From Candidatus Heimdallarchaeota archaeon (GTDB lineage Archaea; Asgardarchaeota; Heimdallarchaeia; Heimdallarchaeales; Heimdallarchaeaceae), in the NCBI GenBank assembly GCA_021399345.1, contig JAAFKI010000045.1, forward strand, positions 128,001 to 192,000: a DNA stretch of 64,000 nt, given 5' to 3'. Made by a program: the position numbers and the translations under genes. Positions 49,878 to 58,450 of the stretch are shown here, one piece after another (the first letter of the stretch is position 1; every line of letters starts with the position of its first letter). The notes under the pieces are model-generated. The model made no database searches, was not told the origin of the DNA, and saw nothing but the letters and a program-made list of their open reading frames with translations.

Positions 49878-50717
49878 TTAAGCCAGAAAAGCTGCTAGTA
49901 ACCACGAAATTGCTATGATAATTACAGCAACCACATTCAGAACAGCATATAGATTGGATGTTTCTTCATTGTAAATGTGATTAACATCTCTTACTATTTC
50001 ATTCAATTTTGTATCAATAGATTCAAGAATGTCTTTACCTTCTCCTCCTTCAGTAAACTGTTCAGTTGAGGTGCTTAAAACATCAATAAATCCATGTAAC
50101 ATTTTTTTGTCAACTTCAAGCAAAGTAGGCGATGTAATTGTATGCAGTTTTTCGTGTAACCGTTTAACTTCTTCTAAAGTTAACTGTGGTATTTCCCATT
50201 TTATATTAAATTCAACTAAATTTGCTAGATGAGTGGTTAAATTATCATAATATATTCCAAAAGGTATGGCCTTGTAATCTAATTCATTAACCAATCTAAA
50301 GAATTTTATTTCTAAATCCTCTTGTTTTGATGATTTATAATATTTCGAAGGGTCAACAACCAATGCTACAGCTTGAGGGAATAGGTTCTGATAGGTTCTT
50401 TGAGTTCCTTTATCTGTTCCTGAGAGGAAGCAACCATATGAAGGATGAGTATGAGCCCAACCAACAATGGTTTCATCCTTATCCCTTTTGTACAAATCTT
50501 CAACAATCTGAACCAGAGCTTCATCACTAAGAACTACATATGTTGATGTTTGTTCTTGTCTTCCAGTATCAAAATCAGTAATTACTAATGTTCCCTCATC
50601 ATTAACATAACCTAACAATAAACCCGCTGATTCTTTTGATTTATCTAACGAATCAACTGCTAGCATCTTAGCTAAAACATATGCGGAAATTAGAATCTCC
50701 TTTTTTGAGTGAGTCAT
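49878..50717 (-). CDS. JAMM/MPN+ metalloprotease with C-terminal coiled coil and TM tail anchor
   Basis: ESAGLLLG, VGWAHTHPSYGCFLSGTD (H-x-H-x7-S-x2-D), ALVVDP; C-terminus YAVLNVVAVIIIAISWLLAAFLA. Confidence 0.9.
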   Translation of the reverse strand: MTHSKKEILISAYVLAKMLAVDSLDKSKESAGLLLGYVNDEGTLVITDFDTGRQEQTSTYVVLSDEALVQIVEDLYKRDKDETIVGWAHTHPSYGCFLSGTDKGTQRTYQNLFPQAVALVVDPSKYYKSSKQEDLEIKFFRLVNELDYKAIPFGIYYDNLTTHLANLVEFNIKWEIPQLTLEEVKRLHEKLHTITSPTLLEVDKKMLHGFIDVLSTSTEQFTEGGEGKDILESIDTKLNEIVRDVNHIYNEETSNLYAVLNVVAVIIIAISWLLAAFLA

Positions 50718-50765
50718 CTCTCAAATATCCATTGTTTTCGTCTATAAAATATTTACCCTTCCCTT

Positions 50766-51812
50766 TCATATAAAACTATTGATTTCCTTTCCTATAGGTT
50801 GCTCTGTCAGGAAATAGTAAGCGAAATCTTTGAGAAGTTCAATATTTGGATTGTCAGCAGGTAAATTTTGGACTGTGGTTTTATCCAATATATCCATTAA
50901 TGCCCAGATTGCCAAGAATAGGTCTAGAGGAAATCCTTTTGGATAGAGTGTTTCCAACGGTTGAGAGTTTATTTCTCTCAAGTGTACACTGTATCCCAAA
51001 ATGAACTGTTTGATGTCTTCTATGGTGACAGGGATTCCTTTTGATTCTCTATATTCAAGAAATGCTTGTCTCCCGAAAAATGTACCAATATCTTCAAACC
51101 TATCAAATGCCCCTTGCATCCAAAAAGTTGGATCTATGAGAGCTATGTTTAATACTTCGTTCTGAGGAGAAGCTCTAATCATAAGATTACTCTGATGAAA
51201 ATCTCCAAAAGCATCACTTCCACCTTGTGATGAGGATATCATTTCTAGTAAGATTCTTGATTTATCCATTATCTCATGCTCATTTGTTTGACCACCAAAA
51301 ATGGCTAGAACAAGTCTTCGATATAGTTCTTCATAAATGTCTATCATTACAGGACGAGGTTTTCCTTCATGAATTATAGATAAAACATATCCACCCCAGA
51401 AACTCTTATCGTTTACATCATGAGCATCCTCATAATTAATACCTGTAACTCCTTCATAAGCAATGAAAGTTGGAGATTTTAAGTTCACATAGATGTATCG
51501 AGGAATTTTAACAACTGATCTAGTTGAAAACTTTTTCTCCAAAAAAGAAGAATTTCTGATTTCAGTAATAACTTCTGTAGGACTTTCCATGAATTTAATT
51601 GCTAGTTTAGTTTTATGGTTTCCTAATTCAGAACTATAAAAAACATCAATAACATAAACATCACCAAACCTTCCACTTGCCTTATGATATTCAATATCAT
51701 TTATTTTAACTTCTAAAATATCTTTTCCAAATTCTCCGCGTGCTTCATCAATTAAATAATACGAGAAGGAACTGACAAGCTGAATTAATAGAGGTTTGAG
51801 TGATTCACTCAT
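50766..51812 (-). CDS. Protein-kinase-like (APH/choline-kinase fold) phosphotransferase
   Basis: SGRFGDVY loop, LAIKF, GDFHQSNL catalytic loop, ALIDP. Confidence 0.78.
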   Translation of the reverse strand: MSESLKPLLIQLVSSFSYYLIDEARGEFGKDILEVKINDIEYHKASGRFGDVYVIDVFYSSELGNHKTKLAIKFMESPTEVITEIRNSSFLEKKFSTRSVVKIPRYIYVNLKSPTFIAYEGVTGINYEDAHDVNDKSFWGGYVLSIIHEGKPRPVMIDIYEELYRRLVLAIFGGQTNEHEIMDKSRILLEMISSSQGGSDAFGDFHQSNLMIRASPQNEVLNIALIDPTFWMQGAFDRFEDIGTFFGRQAFLEYRESKGIPVTIEDIKQFILGYSVHLREINSQPLETLYPKGFPLDLFLAIWALMDILDKTTVQNLPADNPNIELLKDFAYYFLTEQPIGKEINSFI

Positions 51813-52026
51813 GAGAGAACAATTACATTTTAGGTTATTAAATTTTAGTTTATAAGTAGCTAGTTAAGTTAAAAGTACGTGTTTATTATTTCTTCAAAAT
51901 TAGATCCAAATTTGTCTCATTAATCTTCTAAAAGTTTAATGAAACGGATACTTAAGAAAAGTTAATAAGATATGAAAGGTAGTATGGCTTGAGATTCTCG
52001 CTCACTCCTCAACAAGTGGTTACTGT

Positions 52027-53046
52027 ATGAATAACGAAGAAGATTCAAATGAAATGCTAGATTGGAACAAAAAAAATGTTACAAGATTTGCTCAATTTTT
52101 GTATGATTTAGCTAAAGAAAGAGTTCAAACAGATAGAGATACAACAGAATCTACAGAGGAGGACGAAGTTGTTGAAGAATTGATTCAATTAAATGAATCT
52201 TTAGAACAAGAGTTACTTGATGAGCCTCTAGACACACAGAAAGTTGAGGAAGAGATTTTTGAAGAAGAAGATCTAGAAGTTGAAGGAAATTTAGAGCAAG
52301 AATTAGAGGAAGTAACAATTGGATTAGCTAAAGCTGTTTCTGGAGAAGATGTAGGAGAAATTGATGTTAGTGATGAAGAAGAGATTAAGGAAATAATAGA
52401 AAAAGAGCAAATACCTATTCCTTCTGAGAATATTACAATTTCTACTGAAGTTACATTACAAAAAGAAATACTTGAGACACAAGCAAGTATAGAACAAGTC
52501 CAGGAATTCGAAATAGAACAACAGATTGAAGAGCTAGAATCTGTAGATCTCTCGCAACCTATTGTTACTGATCCAGTTATCAATAAGGAAGTTTTTGTGC
52601 AACCCGAAAACATACCTATAGATATTCATAATTTAGTTTTTGTTGAAGAAGCTACAAGTATCCCAATTACTAAAGATGAAATGACAATTACAGATAGTGC
52701 CCAAGAGGCAGAGATTGCCCAAGAGGCAGAGATTGCCCAAGAGGCAGAGATTGCCCAAGAGGCAGAGATTGCCCAAGAGATAGAAGTAATTCAGGAACCA
52801 ATTGCTGAAACTGATTTAGATTTTGAAGCTTCCAGTCGAAGACAAAAAATAATTGATAGCATGTTAGCAGAAACTAAGAAACGAGAAGATGAAGAAGGTT
52901 TCAAAGTAAGAGAACTAGGTGAAACCGAAGGTCGAGCTTATTCTGCTGTTGTCTTCGGAAATGAATCTAATAGGAATATCAAAAAATGGAGAAGATGGGA
53001 GAAAAGAAGATTAAAGGAAGAAAAGAAGAAACGAAAAAGAAAATAG
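52027..53046 (+). CDS. Highly acidic low-complexity protein with basic C-terminal tail
   Basis: Glu-rich 339-aa ORF; helical N-terminus; ends KKWRRWEKRRLKEEKKKRKRK. Confidence 0.8.
   Translation: MNNEEDSNEMLDWNKKNVTRFAQFLYDLAKERVQTDRDTTESTEEDEVVEELIQLNESLEQELLDEPLDTQKVEEEIFEEEDLEVEGNLEQELEEVTIGLAKAVSGEDVGEIDVSDEEEIKEIIEKEQIPIPSENITISTEVTLQKEILETQASIEQVQEFEIEQQIEELESVDLSQPIVTDPVINKEVFVQPENIPIDIHNLVFVEEATSIPITKDEMTITDSAQEAEIAQEAEIAQEAEIAQEAEIAQEIEVIQEPIAETDLDFEASSRRQKIIDSMLAETKKREDEEGFKVRELGETEGRAYSAVVFGNESNRNIKKWRRWEKRRLKEEKKKRKRK
52698..52779 (+). repeat. Coding tandem repeat, 18-bp unit TGCCCAAGAGGCAGAGAT, about 4.5 copies (AQEAEI)
   Basis: Four identical copies plus a 10-nt partial copy, read directly from the sequence. 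Confidence 0.97.
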
Positions 53047-53148
53047 AATAACAGAAGTTCTTCACACAGTAAAATATTAAATGAAGTAAATAATTGAAAA
53101 TAATGTGAGAATAGAATAAACAACTCACATTCAAGATGTGGATTTAAG

Positions 53149-54180
53149 ATGAGTGACTTTGAATTACCATGGAACACGTTTGTAGGATTTAGTCTTTTTA
53201 CTTTAGAAGAAGATATGATATTTGATAAAGTTATTAATACAAAAACTGCATTTTCCACGGTTTATCAAGTCATAGATACAAGTACAAAAACAAGAGAAGA
53301 ATTAAAAAAATCTCAAACAATAACTCTAGTTAATGAAGTTTTTAGAGTTGATTATCATTTATTCTACAATATAGTTTTAGCCTGTATGTTTAAACCTGAA
53401 ACTGATGAAAATGTAGCTTTAAACATGATACAGATTATTAAGAATAAGCTTATTGAACAGCTTCAAGATTACGGAACAATTGAAAAAATGGAACCAAGAT
53501 CACAAACTGCATTAATTAAACGTTTGGGAAATTTAATTTCTGAAAGAGCTGCAAGTCAGGTTAAGTATGATTATTTCCCAACTAAAAAACCGCAGGAAAT
53601 AGTATCAGAACCAGTGGAACAACCCAGAGTTGTAGAAGAGAAACCAGTCTACTCACAACCAACATCACAAGCACAAACCTCCACACCTGAAGCACAAGGA
53701 ACGGGTCAAGTAGAAGATTTACTCGAATATATAGGCCACAAAACCGAACCATTATTTCAAGGTGCTTCCGATAGTAAAAAAGTTGAACTTGCTCAAGAAT
53801 TATTAGAACAAGCAAAGAGAGATTCAATTGTAAAAGTAATATCTTCAATTGTCAAGGGTTTATCAACAAAAACAGGTGTTTGTTTTGTTTTTACTGGAGA
53901 CAAAGGTGCTTTAGAAACAATAACCTATGGTATGTCAGAAAAACATGCAGAATTTGTTCTAGGGATTTTATCTAAATATCCAGAAGTTGTTAAACAAACT
54001 ATAGAATCACCAGGTGAAGAAAAAACACTAGATGCTGGTGATGGTGTGGTGATACTTGAAGAAACAGAAAGTGGTATGTTAGTGAGTATCACTAAAAATC
54101 GTGAAGAGATTAGCACAATCTCCAAAAGAATGAAACTTGTAAAAACTATGATTTCTGAGTTCCTAAAACCATCCTTTTAA
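53149..54180 (+). CDS. Longin-like domain, linker and Roadblock-like domain (paralogue A)
   Basis: Predicted beta-beta-alpha-beta-beta-beta-alpha-alpha N-terminus; C-terminal domain similar to those of 54917-55522 and 55687-56652. Confidence 0.65.
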   Translation: MSDFELPWNTFVGFSLFTLEEDMIFDKVINTKTAFSTVYQVIDTSTKTREELKKSQTITLVNEVFRVDYHLFYNIVLACMFKPETDENVALNMIQIIKNKLIEQLQDYGTIEKMEPRSQTALIKRLGNLISERAASQVKYDYFPTKKPQEIVSEPVEQPRVVEEKPVYSQPTSQAQTSTPEAQGTGQVEDLLEYIGHKTEPLFQGASDSKKVELAQELLEQAKRDSIVKVISSIVKGLSTKTGVCFVFTGDKGALETITYGMSEKHAEFVLGILSKYPEVVKQTIESPGEEKTLDAGDGVVILEETESGMLVSITKNREEISTISKRMKLVKTMISEFLKPSF

Positions 54181-54244
54181 TAACCAAATTAAGATTATTT
54201 TGCATAATGCTGTCTCAATATTATTAGGAGAGTGATTAATACTG

Positions 54245-54892
54245 ATGAAAGGAAATCAGTCCAAAGAGATATTTGTTTCAGAAGTTATACGTAGTAATAC
54301 AAAGGATATATTGTCCTTTTTCAAATATATTGAAAAAAACCTACAAAAAGAGAAATTGCATTTAAAAGAAGTCAGTCAAAAGCGTATATTATTAAGTAAA
54401 AAAATCTCCGGAAAATCGATCTATTTTGAGTTTCAAGATACTGAAAATGAAAATTTCTTTCTACTAGAAATCTTTTCCTATAAATTTGTTTTAAATACCT
54501 CTTTACCCAAATGGGTTCAATGGAATTTTTTGGGATTAAAATTAGGAATTTGGTTATTTCTTATTTTAATTGGTGGATTATTGACTCCCCTAATCATATA
54601 TCTTGGATTTAGAGATAATCTTCCTGAAGAATTTCAAAGTATTCTTTTGATTGTTGGGATCATTTTAATGTGTAGTGGTGTAATAGCTTCAGGAGTATTG
54701 TTTATTGCAAATCATATCAGAAGAAATAGAAAGTTTCGAAGAAAATCTGAAGTAGAGAAATTATCAGCTAAAATTTCCAGGTTGATTATGGAATACTCAG
54801 AAAGCACATCAAACAAAATGATTTGTTGGAAATGTTTCAAAGAAATAAGTGTAGGATTGAAAAAATGTCCTGAATGTGGTACAAATACATAG
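54245..54892 (+). CDS. 2-TM membrane protein with C-terminal zinc ribbon
   Basis: Two hydrophobic helices; CWKC...CPECG. Confidence 0.8.
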   Translation: MKGNQSKEIFVSEVIRSNTKDILSFFKYIEKNLQKEKLHLKEVSQKRILLSKKISGKSIYFEFQDTENENFFLLEIFSYKFVLNTSLPKWVQWNFLGLKLGIWLFLILIGGLLTPLIIYLGFRDNLPEEFQSILLIVGIILMCSGVIASGVLFIANHIRRNRKFRRKSEVEKLSAKISRLIMEYSESTSNKMICWKCFKEISVGLKKCPECGTNT

Positions 54893-54916
54893 ATATGTTA
54901 AGTAAACCAAGAAAGG

Positions 54917-55522
54917 TCAAATATCTTCTAATAATAGAGTATTTTCAATAACTACATTTTGCACATGTCTCAGCTTTCTAGAGAGTTCATCCACGTCTTT
55001 TTGTTTTTGAACAATCCCAATCAGATAGTTATCTTTTTGGCAATTTTCTAGAACTACAAAGCCGATTCCAGTATCAAGAACTTTGACTTCTTCATCTGAT
55101 CCCAATAAATCATTGACAACGGGTGGATATCTTCTAAAAATTTCCAATATTTTCTTTACTATATCTCGTTCAAGGGGCCCTCTAACTATGACTCTTACGT
55201 CTGAACTTTCTGGATGTGGCACAAGTGCTGCAGCTGAGAGAGATTTAAAATCTGAAGAAATACTATCAAGTAAGGCATCAATGGTAACTCGTATGGCTTC
55301 CTTAACATCTTCACTTGTAGAAGTTTGTGTTAGAAAATCACGTAAATACTGACCTGACTTGAGTTTCTTTGCTGAAATATTTAAGGCTTCATATGCAATT
55401 TCTTCCATTTCTACGAAAACATCCTTTATTGCAGGTTTTCTTTTTCGTGATGAAATCCTTGAGGAAGGAGAATCACTAGAATCTTTTTGCCTTGTCATTA
55501 TTTTACCACAAAGATAAGTCAT
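54917..55522 (-). CDS. Roadblock-like domain protein with basic, Ser-rich N-terminus (paralogue B)
   Basis: RYPPVV...SDEEVKVLDTGIGFVVLENC is shared with the neighbours. The start may be MTRQK at 55498. Confidence 0.65.
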   Translation of the reverse strand: MTYLCGKIMTRQKDSSDSPSSRISSRKRKPAIKDVFVEMEEIAYEALNISAKKLKSGQYLRDFLTQTSTSEDVKEAIRVTIDALLDSISSDFKSLSAAALVPHPESSDVRVIVRGPLERDIVKKILEIFRRYPPVVNDLLGSDEEVKVLDTGIGFVVLENCQKDNYLIGIVQKQKDVDELSRKLRHVQNVVIENTLLLEDI

Positions 55523-55686
55523 CTTAAAACTCTAAAAAGATTTCCTTATTCTTAACAGCTTTTAGAAATTGGAATCTAAAGGTGGAAGAAGTGTTTTTCA
55601 CAAATTTTCACAATTCATTAGCCAATTAGACACTTGGGATATGTTTATTAGCCAACAATAAGATAATAATATCTAGTTGAGGTCTT

Positions 55687-56652
55687 ATGCCTTTTCGTAG
55701 AAGTGAAATCAATCCATTGGTAGCTGTAATTATCTATGATTTGATAGGAAACAATATCTTTGAGATTGAAAATACAAAAGATGAAATTGAAAAATCAGAA
55801 ATTCATAGTTATTTCATCCATCCTATTGAATTTTACCAGTGGGTCAGAAGATATAATGAAATAACAATTTTTCGAGGAAAGTTCAGAGCCACTTATATTA
55901 CATTTATTGATTTAACTCTATTATTCGTATCAAACGTAGAAAATATCGCAGCTGAGGTTCGTCCTACAATATTAGAATATGTTCAAAAGTTTGGGGAAGA
56001 TGTAATCAAGCATCTTGTTACAGAAGAAAATGTTGATCTTCTAATCAAAACTTGTGGTTCAGATTTTAATAAGAACAAAGAAAGTATCAAGATTCATATT
56101 GATAAAATATTCTCGCGACTTGGAATTGAAAAAATCGAAATTGAATCCATTAAACCTGTTGAAGTAGAAGTTATTCCAGAAACAACAATTACTCAGACTA
56201 AAGCTGAGGTGTATGAAGAAATTCGTCCTTTTGAAACTGTTCCAAAGATTGCAGTCAGTGAGATGACACAAGAAATACTTGATGAAGCAAATAAAAGAGC
56301 AATAACTTCCTTGCTTTTTTCATCCATCAGAGGGTGTAATTTTCCTTCAGCTGCAGCTTATATTTTCCCAAAAGATGATGGATCAATGGGAGAACTATAT
56401 GCAGGAAATCTAGAGGAGAAGAAAATTGTATATGTTTTAGAAACCATTACAAGATTTCCAAAAGTTATTTACGAGATGATAAATTCAGAGGATGAAATCA
56501 AAGCTTTAAATGCAGGAGTTGTTCAGATTATTGTAGAAAATTGTTCTGAAGGCAGAATACTAGTTGGAATGACAACTAATGTACACGATGTTATGAATGT
56601 AGGATACAAATTTAAAATTATCAAACACATTCTAAAAACCATGGGCTTTTAG
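55687..56652 (+). CDS. Longin-like domain, linker and Roadblock-like domain (paralogue C)
   Basis: VAVIIYDLIGNNIF...FRATYITFIDLTLLFVS longin-like start; RFPKVI...SEDEIKALNAGVVQIIVENC shared domain. Confidence 0.65.
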   Translation: MPFRRSEINPLVAVIIYDLIGNNIFEIENTKDEIEKSEIHSYFIHPIEFYQWVRRYNEITIFRGKFRATYITFIDLTLLFVSNVENIAAEVRPTILEYVQKFGEDVIKHLVTEENVDLLIKTCGSDFNKNKESIKIHIDKIFSRLGIEKIEIESIKPVEVEVIPETTITQTKAEVYEEIRPFETVPKIAVSEMTQEILDEANKRAITSLLFSSIRGCNFPSAAAYIFPKDDGSMGELYAGNLEEKKIVYVLETITRFPKVIYEMINSEDEIKALNAGVVQIIVENCSEGRILVGMTTNVHDVMNVGYKFKIIKHILKTMGF

Positions 56653-56724
56653 TAGAAATACAAAAAAATTCCTTTTTCTCTCCTTCAAAAAACTTTTAGA
56701 AATTATAGATTTCTAGTATTATTA

Positions 56725-57771
56725 ATGGAAGAAGGTAAGCTAGAGATTTCTCTTTTAAGAGAGATACTCAAACTAAAAGGGTCTGAAAATAAAGGAATTG
56801 TAACTTCAGGGCATATAGGTGGGGATTCAGCAATTATAGATATATCTAAAGCTCATGTAAAAGCTCAGAAATTTTATAACAATAATTCGAACCCGCTCCT
56901 TGTTGTGAAATCTGATCCAATAACATTTCCAACAGCTGAACCAGGACGATATGCAGTAATTGTGAATGCAAATGATATAGCATGTGCTGGGGCATTACCC
57001 TTTGGATTTCTTTCTTCAATTATTGTTCCAATTAATACATCATTCGATGAAATCAAACGCATTCAGGAACAAATACATCAACAAAGTATTGAACTTGGAA
57101 TAAGCATTTTAGGAGGACATACAGAGATTTCTCAATCAGTCAAAACCCCCCTTGTATCGGGTCACATGCTGGGTTTTGTTCCTCAAGACTTTGCTGTTCC
57201 CAATAAGCTGACTGAAGAGGAGATTATTCTAGCAATTGGTTTCACAGGGGCAGAGGGAACAGGAATAATTATTTCAGAATCTGGGGACTTAATACACTCT
57301 ATACTCAATAATAACGAAATAGAAGAAGGAAAAAGGATAGGGGCACAACTACGAATTGTAGATTTAGCTTTGGATTTAAATAGGAAGTTTCAACCTTCAT
57401 TAATCCACGATGCTACTGAAGGAGGGGTTTATGGTGCGTTATATGAAATTATAGCATTCAGTGAACTAAGTATTGAACTTAATAATCAACCGAGAATATC
57501 TAATGTTACGAAAAAACTATCCTCATGGCTTCAGTTTAATCCCTTTAGACTCATCTCTTCTGGAATGATCATTGTTTCAGCAACAGAGAAAAAAGCTCTA
57601 CATATTTTAGATTATCTAAAGAAAGAACAGATACCTTGTGAGAAGATTGGAAGAGTAGGAACTAATAAAGGAATCTTGACTCTCAACGGTCAAGTGCTGG
57701 ATAAACCAAAAGGTGATGAAATTTCAACTGCTCTGAAAAATCTTGCAATAATCAAAAAAGGAAAAAAGTGA
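56725..57771 (+). CDS. AIR-synthase/HypE-like (PurM superfamily) protein
   Basis: GGDSA, SDPITF, VNANDIA..GA.P, GGHTE, HDATEGG, LISSG. Confidence 0.88.
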   Translation: MEEGKLEISLLREILKLKGSENKGIVTSGHIGGDSAIIDISKAHVKAQKFYNNNSNPLLVVKSDPITFPTAEPGRYAVIVNANDIACAGALPFGFLSSIIVPINTSFDEIKRIQEQIHQQSIELGISILGGHTEISQSVKTPLVSGHMLGFVPQDFAVPNKLTEEEIILAIGFTGAEGTGIIISESGDLIHSILNNNEIEEGKRIGAQLRIVDLALDLNRKFQPSLIHDATEGGVYGALYEIIAFSELSIELNNQPRISNVTKKLSSWLQFNPFRLISSGMIIVSATEKKALHILDYLKKEQIPCEKIGRVGTNKGILTLNGQVLDKPKGDEISTALKNLAIIKKGKK

Positions 57772-57784
57772 AAGGCTGATAAAT

Positions 57785-58450
57785 TTGTTAAACAAAGAGA
57801 ATGAATGGGGAGCAGAAGCAGTTCTTCTCAAGGATGAGTGGCTAGGATTTCAGGTATTGAAAAAAATTCGTTTACCGAAGTCATATAGAATCAAGCAAAT
57901 TGATGATGAATTAAGGAATAGCAGAACAATCTCTGAATCAAAGCTAATCATGGCTTCAAGAGATGTGGGAGTAAAAACACCAATTATCTTCGACATTGAT
58001 TTAGATTCATCGACAATAACAATGGAATTAATTGAGGGAAAACTAGTTAAAGATGTTTTGAACAGTGAAGACACTTTAGAAGAAAAATTACATTATGTTG
58101 AATTGATTGGAGAACAAGTAGGAAAATTACACAATAATGACATCATACACGGAGACTTAACAACCAGTAACATTCTAATAAAAAATCGAGAACTTGTCTT
58201 CATTGATTTTGGTCTCGGTAAATTTTCACAGGCTTTAGAAGACAAAGCTGTTGACATCTTGTTGATTAAGAAATGTTTTACAAGCACTCATACTAGATTT
58301 GAAAGTCACTTCTTTACTACATTTCAAAAAGGTTATATGAGTACTATGAGCGAGGCTAAAAGTATTTTTCGTCGTGCAATAAAAGTAGAGGCTAGAGCAA
58401 GACATTTGAAAGAAAATCAAATTATTGGCGACTATCTTCTCTCTGAATAG
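57785..58450 (+). CDS. bud32: KEOPS kinase Bud32
   Basis: GAEA, K.R.PKSYR, IIHGDLTTSNI, IDFGLG, EDKAVD, VEARAR. Confidence 0.95.
   Translation: MLNKENEWGAEAVLLKDEWLGFQVLKKIRLPKSYRIKQIDDELRNSRTISESKLIMASRDVGVKTPIIFDIDLDSSTITMELIEGKLVKDVLNSEDTLEEKLHYVELIGEQVGKLHNNDIIHGDLTTSNILIKNRELVFIDFGLGKFSQALEDKAVDILLIKKCFTSTHTRFESHFFTTFQKGYMSTMSEAKSIFRRAIKVEARARHLKENQIIGDYLLSE

Noticed and set aside
52698-52779. Direct repeats as a CRISPR array
   Set aside because: The units are contiguous 18-mers with no spacers, in frame within a CDS, and no cas genes are present.
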